Source of the DNA: Carcharhinus amblyrhynchos | Taxonomy: Eukaryota | Assembly (NCBI GenBank): GCA_965287045.1 | Contig: OZ336880.1 | Coordinates: 52,948,001-53,012,000, forward strand | Direction: 5' to 3' | DNA: 64,000 bases | Part shown: piece after piece, positions 14,801 to 27,732 of the stretch | Position numbering within the stretch: the first letter of the stretch is position 1 | Layout of the letters: each line of letters starts with the position of its first letter | The notes under the pieces: model-generated | What the model saw: the letters and a program-made list of their open reading frames with translations, nothing else | What the model was told of the DNA's origin: nothing | Database searches by the model: none | Translations under genes and position numbers: made by a program

Positions 14801-15191
14801 ACAGCACATCAGGAGTAGAGCAGAACTATGGCAGGTAGGCTTTGCACGTTACATCATCTCAAAGTCTCTGGCAAACTGAGGACCATCTCATGCACGCCAG
14901 CCTTTATCAATCAGGTTTGATACTGACATGATTTCCTGCTGGTGTGACGCAAGATTGGAAGTTATGATGGGATAGCGGCGGGCAGCTGTTTTAATAAACA
15001 TTCATGAGATGCAAAAGAATGCAATTTGCATTTACGCCACCTGCCATTGGAATAAGCGACCTGCCTTTAACCCACCGCTGGGAGAATTGCAATGAGATTT
15101 TGCACCAGCAGATTTCCAATTTTTTGGCTTCAGCCAGATTCACCAAACCTAGCTGACAACAAACCTGCCCCGAGTTGGGGGAATTCCACCC
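11890..15191. mobile_element. Decayed PIF/Harbinger DNA transposon (left end uncertain)
   Basis: Transposase remnant on minus, Myb-partner C-terminus on plus (11900-12085), and right TIR ggggaattccaccc ending at 15191. A CR1 3' tail is inserted at 12361-12450. Confidence 0.75.
12590..13690 (-). pseudogene. Harbinger (HARBI1-like DDE) transposase, frameshifted
   Basis: Motifs VALKLVVELNFFISGSLQG, VQGTIDCAHVAI, NHKGFHSVYVQLMC, GDQGYPLRHW, CCTLHNL and an acidic tail, split over several frames. Confidence 0.9.
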
Positions 15192-18100
15192 AATCTGCAC
15201 ATAAAGCAATCTTTCAAATTAGTCAAACTTGCTCAAAATCAATCCGAAGCAACTCAAAGATGTGTCAAAATGTTCTTAAGTCCTGAATTTTGCAAATGAA
15301 GTTTAAAAGAAATTTCTATCTCAACCCCATCTTTCTATTGTGCATTGCACAGAGAAAACATTAACAAGTGGACTCACAGCTGGCAGCCATTATTGAACTA
15401 TCTTTACTTACACCTCCCCAACAGAGAGGGCAGCAGACAGGGCTTAATAACAAAATGTTCAGAACATGCAGAATACTACACATGTCAATGATTTGAATTT
15501 AGGTCCTCTGGTTTTCCAGGTTTCATCCTTATACCTTTTTAAATGCCTGTGTACCCTTTAGGTAACATTATCGCCAAAAACTGTCCACGTGTGCTCTAGC
15601 CACTGTGAAGCCTTAAACATAACCTTTTTTTGCTCCTCTCCAGCAACTAGCTGAGCATTCACACTATTGAATATTCAAGAGTCTTACTTGACCTCGGTTT
15701 TATAATGTGACAACTAAAAATGAAAAATTATTTTGAACAAAGGTAAAATGATGCAAAAGTAAAATTAATTTTAACCGCTGAACATTTTTTATCAGGGGTG
15801 ACAGGGTGGGTCACAATTATAAACTTGCTTGATTAAATTCATAGAGATCTATTAGAAAAAAACCTTACCACAGCTTCAGACTCAAGTTGCTTGCACTTCA
15901 ACTGTTCACATATTCCTCAGCCATTCTGCAGTAATCAGGTCAGTATTTTGCCTTGCCAGCCTTTATACTGTTTTATTCGGCTGTGTCTTAGGACCAGGTG
16001 GAATCTAGTTTTAATTGCTCCAGGGATTTAGTCTGCTTTACCAAGGGAAAGATGCACGTGGAGCATACTTCACATTGTCAACTCCCCCTATCCAATTAAG
16101 ATATTCAGAAAGCGAAAATTGTACGTCAAAGCAATGCAGAAACTGTTGCAGAAAACCAGAAAAAGAAAATCGTGCACATAGCAAAAGCAATTTTTTCTGC
16201 ACAAAACCCAGGGACAATCTATTTAAAGAGAGCAGATCAGTCGAAGAAAAAAATCAGGTCCGTTATTTTAATATAAATGGATTTATTATTAATGATAGAT
16301 TTTGAAACTAATTTACTGTTGGAAGTTATCAAAATATATTATTATTGCCACTAGATTAGTCACTGTTCAATTTTGTTTATTTAACATATGAAAAATTTTA
16401 CAACAAGATAGCAAAACAAATACTTACACAGTAAATGTTTCGTAAAGTCCGTGAGAACATTGCATTACTTATATGCAAAAAAATGCACAAATTGAAAAAT
16501 CTGCATGTTTCTCACTCAAATAATTTCCTGCATTAGAAATTTATTATGAGATCTTTTTCATTGAGGTCATTGTGATGCAGGAAACCTGATAATAATATGA
16601 AGATTAGGGCTTATTTTCTGTTACAAAAAAAAATTACTTTTTAGTCCTCTAGCAATAAATGCTGGGTCAATGGCTTCAGATTCGTCAGGCAGGAGGAACA
16701 GACTGCGGCAGAGAATCGAGTTTACTCCAGCCACCACACAGCAACCACCTTCCAGTTAGGTTTGCGGGCAACCATCTTCAAATGCTTGAGCTGTTCTGCT
16801 TGGCCATGACAAGATTTGCAATTCTCTCCGTTTATTTACACACCATCACCCCAACTAGACATCACATCAGAGTGGCATGGTCACTGGTGACCTCAGGGTA
16901 GTCACTGCCTCTGTCGATCCAATCTCTCTTGCTCCACAACTAAACTGCAGTCATGCTATGCATGATGTAAGCGCACTGTCCACGCTACAATAAAATTAGC
17001 AGGTGCATGTCAGGCCCCATTTTATAATTTCACAATGATAGACACTCGACAAGAAAAAAACCTCTGTCCTTTTTTTAATGTTTTGAAAAATGGTTTAAAA
17101 AAATAATAATCTGTGACCCAGTGCAAGTAACATTTTATTCAATAAATGCGCAACACAAACTAAAGCAATCCAAAGATCAAGCAGCTTTGGAAGTTCAAGA
17201 ACCTTATTTAATTCTGCAGAAGAACTAAGGAATTTGAAAACCTGGTGAAATAAATTGTTCTCTCCTAGTTTCCCTTTTATGCACCAAAATCTACATGCAG
17301 TCATTAATTATAAAGGGACCATTATCCCACTGTATTTTCATAGAATACAATCAGCTGTTATATATCAAAGAAGTCCATAATTAAAATGGAAGGGCCACAA
17401 TGACAATTAAAATTAGAAGCTATAAGAGGAAGGAAAGTGCAGTTGTGTAATTATTCACCCTGATGCATCAATGTCAGCAGTCCAGGACATTCCAGTCACG
17501 TCTGTCGCAGATCAACCTAAAATCTTAGTCACCAATGTTCCCCACCCCCCACTCTGCCAGCATTATCAGCACCTAACCAAAAGCCTATGCAAGTATGATT
17601 TAATACCAAACCACAGTTTGCAAGTAATAGCGTACAAAGTGATATTTAAGTGGAGTTTTAAGCACACTTCTGATGGCTGTGGATGCCTTTTACTGTTAAA
17701 TGCTTCTCCCTTTGAGTAGTGATTATGAGTCCTAGGTGAAGAGGTCTTATGTGCATGTCTGTCTGTAAGCCTCACTTCCAGCTGCCAATCTTTACTTCAT
17801 TGTAAAGAACGGCTGCATTGCACCTTGTACTAATTCTTGTCTGCTGTCATCCCCCAAGCCTGATAACTGCAAAATCATTTTCACCTAACACTTTCTGCTT
17901 CTGCCTCTTAAACCTTAAGACCTAGACACTGTGTGATGCACTCGCATCCTTGGCAGCAAACTCCCCGCTAGCTACCGCCCCCCCCCGAGCCATTATAGGC
18001 TCTACTATATTATTTTTAACCCATATCTCAATAAATAGCGACTGTCAAGTGTTGCATTTTGTACCAATACACATTTAATGCCATTCATAAAAATTATGAG

Positions 18101-20028
18101 AAACCAATTACTATTGCTGCAGAATTTGCCAGATTTTCTGTAACTACCTTGCTTAAAATCGAAACCTGCAAGGAATCTTGGTTTCTGAGGCCTTCTGCAA
18201 TAAAAAAAGGGGCCTCGGTCATTTTTCCAGTTTGCATTACACAAACACACTCATGCATGATGTTTTCAAATTCTTATTATATATCCGGTCAGAGGTCGAA
18301 TGTCAGAATCCACTGTTAATTTCACAGGGTTAGGGAGAAGTAAATTCAAAGGGAATACAGATCACTTAGCACAGTAAAGCAGCTCTCCTGAAGTTTGGTT
18401 TTACATTTGTTAACCATATCCTTGAGCTCATGAACCATTGAGACCAGTGTGACATCATGATCCCTGGTATAATAGTTTGACATGCCGCAGTGGAACTGTG
18501 ATTCAGTCTCCCTACTCTATGTGCCAGCGCTGACTGCCTCTAAGCCACTGAAGCACTTAAAATCCACAAACCTGAAATGAACAAAGCACAGTGGCATTTT
18601 GTTTTTTTTAAATATCCGAGGTACATGGCGAGCAGTTGATATTTCTCTTGTTGAGTTTGATTTTGAAGGGAGAAGCAAAAAAAACTGGCGTTTAATTCGA
18701 TTTGGGGTGGTGAGCAACAGAAATATTCCAGGCATTTGAATGCTCTCCACTTAACAAAAATAGATCAATAAATTCAGAAAGAAAGGTTGCAGTTAATCTA
18801 ATCCAGTCTTACAACATCTTGCAAATATTCATTTCCACTCATATAAATAGGGTAAATGATAAAGCTACAATGTAATGCCAGTAAATTTAAGCATTGTGTG
18901 ATTATTTCCCAACTTCTCAGTAGTCCTTGTATAATTACTGTTTTACATGAAGAAGGTTTAATGGACTGTTAAAAATAATGATCCCTACAGAGGAGTTTAC
19001 CTTTCACTTAATTAATGGTCCCAATCATAGGTACTTGTAAGATTTTAATAATACTTATTAGGGAATTTATAAAATGTACAACTTGGTTCTAAAATGTGGT
19101 GTCTGTGTAGTATTTAGAAAGCAGGATTTGATCATTGTCTTGAAAATCACAGGGTTTTTATCTGAATTTATATTTTACATTTACAAATTATGAATGATCT
19201 ATTCTACCCCAGTTTCACCGATCCCACAAATACTTTGAAATGCTATTTTACCATTTTTACTGGTTTGCTTATGTGGTTTCATCAAGCCCTGTGGTCATAT
19301 ACGAAAGACTTTGCTGTGTAGCCATTTAGACCCAATCAGTTGCGAACTAAATGTAGCATTACCATCTACCATTGAAATTGCTTTCGGCTTTTAAACTGCA
19401 CAGACTAGTCTGTAGTTAATCTTAGATAATTTGCTCACAAAGGTAAATGAGCCAGAACGACTGTCTTTTTGTACCATAATACTTTACAAAACACTTTTTT
19501 GCCCTGCCCAAAAGCAAGAATAAATGCATATAATTTAAATGCATCCTGTAGACCTGAGTTGTAAGCTTTCTCTGCCTAATTTGATTAAAAGAAAAGGGAA
19601 AATAGAGGGCAAGCTATCTCTATGTGCATTACATCACAGCTCGCCATTTCCTAATTGGTGCTATAAATTTACATATGGATGCTACTTTGATGTTGAACCA
19701 ACCTAATCCACCTACTTCTGATGTCTGCGGTTTAAATTCTTGTCTCAGTCACATGACTTGCCCTATTAATGCAAATATGACAAATGTTGTTTGGGATCTC
19801 TGATAAAGAATGCAATGTAATTAGTCTTTAACTGGCTGGGCTGGTAAGCATTTTAGTCATGGATTATGCAGTAAAATAAATTTACCTATACCAGCACTGA
19901 ACTCAATATATGCTTTGTAGTCCCTGGATTGAGTGAAGTCAGATACTTGCTGTGCCAAAACACACAAACAAGCCGCACATTGTGTACCTTGGTCTTTCTG
20001 CTTTAGTATCCCAAAACACAAAAGATTC

Positions 20029-20164
20029 TGGCCGCAATATCACCACCATTCACGCTGGCAGGATTTTCCCATTTTGCAGCAGTGAACAGAGATTTGGCTG
20101 GCTGCCAAATTCTCCGAACTCGCTGCAGCAGGAGCGTGGCATGAACAGCAGGTAAGATTTTTGC
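20029..20164. mobile_element. Short MITE-like element
   Basis: GC-richer island with imperfect inverted termini (ggccgcaatatcacc / ggtaagatttttgc) and an internal palindrome gagatttggc..gccaaattctc. Confidence 0.4.
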
Positions 20165-20264
20165 AAGTGTAATGGTATAAAATGGATAATCGCAAGTTGG
20201 CAGCTTCTTTACATTGGAGGAGATGGAAAATGGCTGCCGACTTGCTGTTCCACATGATTACACC

Positions 20265-20560
20265 CGAAGGGTGACGGTATAGTGGCAATGGCACTGGACT
20301 AATAATGTCCAAGCTATTGCTCTGGGGACATAGGTTCAAATCCCACTATGGCAACAGTTGAAGTTTAATTTCAATCAATAAATCTGGAACTAAGAGTAAA
20401 ATAAAATTATTGTTCATTGTTGTTAAAATGCTACATGTTTCAGTGATATCCTTTAGGGAAGGAAATCTTCATTCCTTACCCAGTCTGGCCTATATGTGAC
20501 ATTATGTAGCAATTAGTTGACTCTTAACAATGTCATTGACTCTTAACTGCCTTCTAAAAT
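20265..20560 (+). mobile_element. tRNA-derived SINE (CR1/L2-tailed family), 3'-truncated
   Basis: Head ggtatagtggcaatggcactggactaataat..ggttcaaatcccac (A/B-box-like); body cctttagggaaggaaatct..tctggcctatatgtgac. Confidence 0.8.
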
Positions 20561-23500
20561 TGATTTTTTTCAATTCCCTATGTTTTTGCTTCCATTATGT
20601 TAGGTAATTGTGTAGGATTCATAGCTCCATCTCTTGCATATTATGTGTCTTCATGTGTGTCAAATTGAAAGGTGTTAGAGAATTTTTTTAAAGAACTATT
20701 GGTACACGAATGATCATACAATTTTTCAGATAAGCAACTGTGCTGATTTGGTTACTACCCATTGAACATAATCATACAAAGATAAATGTATTTATAAACA
20801 GCTAGCCAAACTAGTTCCACAGGCAAACTTGAAATATTAAATCATTTTCTATTGTATTTTTAAACACTGATAATTTATTTGCAGATCTCTATTTCTTCAT
20901 GAGTTTTATTTTCATTTCTTGACATGAGCTTTGTACTATGATGTACAGTTGCACTTTCATCTATATCCAGGGTAACAGAGTGCCAACCAGTTCTTTTATG
21001 CACTCTCACTCTTTACTCTCTTAAGCACTCAGTCTCCTTCCCTTCCAAGTCATTGTCTCTCTACCTTCTTAACTCTCACCACTTTTCCTTGTTGCCTGTG
21101 TCTCTGCCTCTGACTATTTTCTGCCTCCCTTTTGGCTCTGCTTGCTGTTGCCAATGCCTTCATCTCTTCCTGATTACTAACTACTTGCCCCTTACCATTG
21201 TTTTCCAGTCTATTTGACCAAACTTCCACTTCAGCTGTGAAATTCCAACCCACGAGTGGGGCTGACGTTGAATGTAATGGTCCCCAACTCCTTCACAATT
21301 TATTTAGATTTTCCATAATTAATGTGATAAAAATATAATCATTGCCTATTTTTTCAAACCATTTTAGCTATTATTTCTTCTAAATAAAGTAAACACTGAA
21401 AAGTAATTATTTTCAATAGATCGGCCACTTCCTGACATCAAAGTGCTTGTGGGTTATGATATCAGTTATCTTAAAGTGGTTTGCTTGTCAGTAAATCACA
21501 TCTAATAGTTTATTCTTATTATATGAAAAGAGTCTAACAACAAATCATGTTTTGTTTTACCTCCATTAACTTATGTCAGTCAGTCTTCATTTACAGGGGA
21601 TATCCGATTCCATTGTAGGGTGATGTACATCTATTTATATGTGCATGAGTGACATTTACACTACTGAGTATAAAGATCGGTTGAATGGAAAATGTATTTT
21701 ATTTTGTGGATTTACATGCCGTGGGGAGAATTGGCAGTACACTTTTGCACTTTTATATTGGAGTGAAACCAATGGGTGGAAAAGTAAATGTATAATTCAG
21801 ATTTAGTCAGCATTAAGAAATGCCACAACATTTATGCAGTGCACTTCAATCCAAATCCACATCTAATCAATACTAATCCGTCTGTGGGGAAAAAGTTGTT
21901 TAACATGCTATTACATAGTAACATTAAAAGGGCTGTGTTATCTGGCAAAAATAGATCTTATCAGAGTGAAGATGAAAATTGTGCACACTGAGCATGGTTG
22001 AAGATGTGGAATAAAACAACGGTCACAGAGTGCACAATTTTTCTAATAATGATTTTAGTTTTACAACATGTAAAGATAGACGTTTGACTGTATCCTTCAG
22101 GCTACCCCAGATACTTTGTTAATACAAAAACAATAGACTCCATTAACATTCCAGTGTAAAATCATACCTTCAACTTATAATATTGCTTAACTTGTCAGTG
22201 GCTTTTTTGCAAGATGTTTTCTATAGTAATGTACTCAGTTTAATGGACCGAATAGGTAAAAATTACATTCAAATGACATGTGCATCAGGTTGAATGCATT
22301 TATCATATATAAAATGCAAACATTAGCTTTTTGCAAAGCACCAAATTATTCCCAATCTAGAATGAAACAATGGTGATGAAATGCACTTGCAAATTAGAAT
22401 GAGTACTCCGAAGAGACTTCAAATTCAGTGTAGTGAATAATATTAGTGTGTCCCTCACTGCTCAGTATTACAACCGCTTCTAAGTATGAAAGCCAAAGGA
22501 CAAGCAATCATTTAAAACTCCACGGGTTAATTACATATTTAAAAACACACATCTTTCTCATGAGGCAAACCTGTGGTTCAAGTTCAGCTTTTTGAGACCA
22601 TCACTCTGCATGTCACACAGTAAGAACCAGAGACCTTTCCAGGAACCTTTCCTCTGAGAAACAAAAACTTTCACAACAATGCTGCTGTCTGTTGCCTGCT
22701 TATAAACATTGATATGAAGAGTCCCTTTTTAAAAACAATCTGTAATTATTATCTAAATGTTCAGATGCACATTAATACAGAATCATATTCAGGATGTAAG
22801 TAGTTTCCTGTATGAACATTTCGGATGAGTTAAAGACAATGTATTCCCCATATTTAAATCATTTGAAAACTGATATTTGCCATCTTTTGTCTTGCCATTA
22901 CAAGCTGTGCTTCACATTTTTGCTGTGAATAAATTGCCACTTATTCCCATGAAATTCACAGTTGACACAGCTCTTCCTTTTGCATAAAAGCATGAAAAAA
23001 TGTGGCCTAATATCTTCAATATTCATCCGTTAAGTGGACATTTGCATTGGGTTAGACCGGGGGAAGAGGCACAACCCTCCTACAGTGACAGCTGTTCAAA
23101 GGGATGACATCTGACAGCTGTGACAGTGCTGAAGGGAAACTCAGACAACTCACAGCATCCATGATCCAATTACAGCACACATCCCCCTGACAGACCCAAC
23201 AGCTTGACTCCAGCAATTGGAAGGACAGTATTGATCTCTTGTCAAAGACCAGTTGCCTGCCTGCAATCGTGCGCTAGTGAACTTTTAAAAGCCACAACAC
23301 CCCTTCAAATGAAGGGGCAGTCAGGGCTATAGTACTCAGGTACAAAGAGAAGTGCAAAGGGTATCTACTAAACACTCCAAAGATGAACAAATCATAACAT
23401 TATGACAGCCTGATCACTCATCTGTAGCCCAGCCGATGGAGTAAGCTACAAGCTGTACTAATGGGTTGATCGGAAATACGGCTGCAACACTCTTTTGGAT

Positions 23501-24250
23501 AAACTGGCTGATCCTATTTGATGAAAAGGCCATTGCAATTAGTGGAACCTACTTGGTACTGTGTGGTGACAGCAGCCCATTTGACATAATGGCAGCTGCC
23601 AATAAGTCTAGATTGTAAAGAAAAGACAATTAGGCCTAGACTCCCTGTACTGCCAGCCCCTGCACTCAAGACCTTTGCACTATCTGGAACTATGAGTATT
23701 GTAGGGTCAATGGGCAACAGTCCCTTGGAAACAAACAGCCAAGAACAGAGGTTAATCGTTCCACTCAAACCAGTAAGCATTTGGGTTAGAATAGGGTGAG
23801 AAAACGCCATGAGCAGATTCACTGAAAAATAATCCAAACACTGATCAAGGTTTATGAACATTGGCAACAAAGCAAAAATGTCTTTTTGAAGCAATTTTTC
23901 CTTACCACGCCATTACTGCTGTTCTATATAAATATGAAATACATCCAAATGTTTTCATTATATTTTATATAATAATATTTAATGATACGATTATTAATTG
24001 CAGTGTAGTTTTGAGGCTAAGAATGGTTTAAGGAAATAAAGACATCATACAGAGGCTTCCTCACAATCCCCCTTTTTTGATAACAAATCAGATTTAGTGT
24101 TTGTGGTGAGATAGATAGTTTGTAGATTTCTGGAAATGTTTTTGAATTATGATGCAGAATTTTTTTATTTAGTAATTTTGTTGCAGAAGAAGGACTGGGC
24201 ACTTTATTCAACCATTCCAATAAAGGCTTTAGTGCATATACAGACATAAT

Positions 24251-24375
24251 AAGAAGTCTCACAACACCAGGTTAATGACCAACAGGTTTATTTGTTAGCA
24301 CTGTTGGGCTTTAACCTGGTGTTGTGAGATTTCTTCCTGTGCCCACTCCAATCCAACGCCAGCATCTTCACATCA
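24251..24375. mobile_element. Penelope-like element terminal remnant forming an inverted repeat
   Basis: 35-bp arms 24251-24285 and 24301-24335 (32/35 complementary), followed by gtgcccactccaatccaacgccagcatcttcacatca, the same tail as at 55108-55144. Confidence 0.7.
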
Positions 24376-24379
24376 CTAC

Positions 24380-26345
24380 ACAAACATAGAAAACATACAT
24401 CGAACATAGAAGCAGGAGAAGGCCTACAAGCCTGCTCCGCCTTCATTATAGAACATAGAAAAACTACAGCACAAACAGGCCCTTCGGCCCACAAGTTGTG
24501 CCAATCATATTGCTACCTACTAGGCTTACCTATAACCCTCAATCCTGCTAAGTCCCATGTACTTATCCAGAAGTCTCTTAAAAGATCCTATCAAATTTGT
24601 CTCCACCACCACTGACGACAGCTGATTCCACTCACCCACCACCCTCTGAGTGCAAAACTTATCCCAGACATCTCCTCTGTACTACTCTCCATCACCTTAA
24701 ACCTGTGTCCTCTCGTAGCAGCCATTTCAGCCCTGGGAAAAAGCCTCTGAGAATCCACCCGATCAATACCTCTCAACATCTTATACACCTCTATCAGGTC
24801 ATCTCTCATCCTTCATCTCTCCTAGGGGAAAAGACCGAGCTCCCTCAACCTATCCTCATAAGGCATGCCGCCCAATCCAGGCAACATCCTTGTAAATCTC
24901 CTCTGCACCCTTTCAATAGCTTCCACATCCCTCCTGTAATGAGGCGACCAGAACTGAGCGCAGTACTCCAAGTGGGGTCTGACCAGGGTCTTATACAGCT
25001 GCAGCATTATCACCTGACTCCTAAACTCAATCCCTCGATTAATGAAGGCCAGTACACCATACGCCTTCTTAACCACATCCTCCACCTGCAAGGCCGATTT
25101 AAGAGTTCTATGGACCTGGACCCCAAGGTCCTTCTGATCCTCTACACTGCTAAGAAAGAGTCTTACCCTTGATATTTTACTCCTTCATCCCATCTGATCT
25201 GCCAAAATGGACCACTACACATTTATCTGGGTTGAAGTCCATCTGCCATTTCTCCGCTCAGTCTTGCATCCTATCCATGTCACGCTGCAACTTCTGACAT
25301 CCCTCCAAACTATCCACTACATCACCAACCTTCGCGTCATCGGCAAACTTACCGACCCATCCCTCCACTTCCTCATCCAGGTCATTTATGAAAATTACAA
25401 ACAGCAAGGGTCCCAGAACAGATCCCTGGGCCACTCCACTGGTGACCGATCTCCATGCATAAAAAGACCCATCCACAACCACTCTCTGCCTCCTGCAGGC
25501 AAGCCAGTTCTGGATCCACAAGGCAACAGCCCCTTGGATCCCATGCCTTCTCACTTTCTCAAGAAGTCTTGCATGAGGGACCTCATCGAACGCCTTGCTG
25601 AAATTATGATTATGACTAATCAGCCCTGATCCCACCTTCCCCTCATATCTTTTGATTCCTTTGGCCCAAAGATTCTATATAATTCCTTCTTGAATTCAAA
25701 CAATGTTTTGTCCTCAACTTCTTTCTGTGGTAGTGAATTCCACAGATTCATCACTCTCTGGGTTAAAAATTTCTCCTCACCTCAGTCTGAAAAGGTTTAC
25801 CCCTTATCGTCAAACCATGACCCCCTAGTTCTGGACTCCCCAGCCATCAAGAATATTCTTTCAGAATCCATCCTGTCTAATCCTGTTAGAATTTTATAAG
25901 TTTTTATGAGATCCCTTATCACTCTTTTAAACTCCATAAATATAATCCTAATCAATCAGTCTCTCCTCATATGACAGTCCTGCCTGACTCTTTCTATCGC
26001 AAGAACATCCTTCCTTAGATAAGGACACCAAACTATTCAATACTGCAACATCCTATACAACTGCAGTGAAACATTCCTATTCCTATATTCAAGTCCTCTT
26101 ACTGTGAAAGATACATATCATGCCTTCTTTGCTGCTGCTTACTCCCAGTGATTGTTGCATGAGGACAACAAGGTGAATATCCACCTCTTTCAAATTACAA
26201 TCATTCAAATAATAATCTGTCTTCCTACTTTTACTACTGAAGTGGATAACTTCAGATTCATTCACATTATACCGCACCTGCCGTGCATATACCCTTTCAC
26301 TCAGCCTGTCCAAATCACACTGAAGCATCTCTACATCCTACATCT
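24380..26345 (-). mobile_element. Older CR1 LINE (3' part), split by a younger CR1 insertion
   Basis: 3' tail at 24380-24449, continuing at 25603-26345 (ORF 26089-26328: LQCDLDRLSE..YNVNESEVIHF). Confidence 0.8.
24450..25602 (-). mobile_element. Younger 5'-truncated CR1 LINE (RT C-terminal half, frameshifted)
   Basis: ORFs 25258-25635 (FSKAFDEVPH, SGVAQGSVLGPLLF, KFADDAK), 24822-25091 (LVRPHLEYCAQFWSP) and 24591-24809; agaacatagaa tail; flanked by ATTAT on both sides. Confidence 0.93.
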
Positions 26346-27384
26346 ACACCTGGGTAATTTTTCACTTCAGGTGGATGTTAGCATTACAGCTGTACTGGAA
26401 CAGCATTGTTAAAGTCAGGGCTAGCTCCAGAGCCCAAGTCTTCAGGCAGAATATTATGAGGGGATGGGTGGGGAAGGGGTGGACTGCTAACCCCCCCGGA
26501 AGCAGAGACAGCATGTACCCTATCTATTCCACAGCTATAATGTATTTTGGGAAGGCTATACTGAGGCAATGTTGGACATTCACCCCCTGCTAGGGAGCAG
26601 GTCCTACCTGTCAACATCAAGAGTGCATTTGTTGGCACTGCCAGGATTGCATCCAGGAACAAGAAGGAGGCCCAATAGTCAGGTAAGTCCAGGGTCTTGG
26701 ACAAGGGGTGTTTGGGAAGTTTAGGGAGAGGGTTGGGTGGCGGTGGGTGAAGTTGGTGAGTTTATGGAGCAGGCAGATGGAAAGAAAAGGGACACTATCT
26801 TGAAGGTTTGTCCTCCAATCCACAAAGAGCACCTCCTGAAGATAGTACCTTCACTTCCTTCCTACCCTTTAAATTGTATTTTTTTAAAGTGTCCTTCACA
26901 TTCCCACATGACTGCCCATACTATCTGTATTACGGTCTGGGAAGTGTATTATCGAGATCAATTGCTTTCTTAACAAGCCTGATTGATCATAGATTATTTA
27001 TTTAAATATAGTGGGTGCTCTTCCAATTTCGGCACTTGCCCCTTATTATGTCAGTGAGCTCGGGAGTGGGCAGGAAGTTTGTGGGGTACAAACCACACTA
27101 TTTTAAAAGAACAACCCAGCACGGGAAACAGGCCCTTCGGCCCAACCATATTTTATATGGTTCTCTGCTGAAAACACGCCTGGTGTTCGGCACAGAAAAT
27201 GCTGCAATTCATTACCACAACCAGGATGTTGCTGGGGTTCAAAGGCATGTAGTTATTGTCTTGCTTTTTCCATTTTCCTCCGCTATCTAATAGTTTTTTT
27301 TCTTTTTGTTATACTGTTTTCCTGTGATGATTCATCTTTACATTGTTACCCTTTAGTTTTCCATTCAGGATTTCTCCTTCTACA

Positions 27385-27732
27385 CTTCCCACTATCTCAG
27401 GAAAGCAGTCAACATAATCATGGACCCCATACACCCTCAACAAACTCTTTTCCACCTTCTTCCATCAGAGAAGATATATGAAAGTCTGAGAACATGTACC
27501 AACAACACAAGAACAGTTTCTTCCCTGCTGCCGTCAGACTTTTGAATGGAACTACCATACATTAAGCTGATCTTTCTCTTCACCCTATTGTAACCGTAAT
27601 ATTATTTTCAGCACCCTCTCCTTTCCTTCTCCCTCATGTATTCTATGAACAATGTTTTGTCTGTATAGTGCACAAGAAACAATGCTTTTCACTGTATCCC
27701 AAAACATGTGACTACAATAAATCAAATCAAAC
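27385..27732 (+). mobile_element. Rex1/Babar-type LINE 3' end
   Basis: Reads RKAVNIIMDPIHPQQTLFHLLPS..(fs)KNSFFPAAVRLLNG, then a 3' UTR ending aataaatcaaatcaa. A related tail lies at 43325-43422. Confidence 0.75.

Noticed and set aside
16879-16892. Estrogen response element
   Set aside because: GGTCA-ctgg-TGACC has a 4-nt spacer, not the 3 nt of an ERE.
24597-25629. Plus-strand ORFs of 191 and 140 aa
   Set aside because: Antisense shadows of CR1 ORF2.
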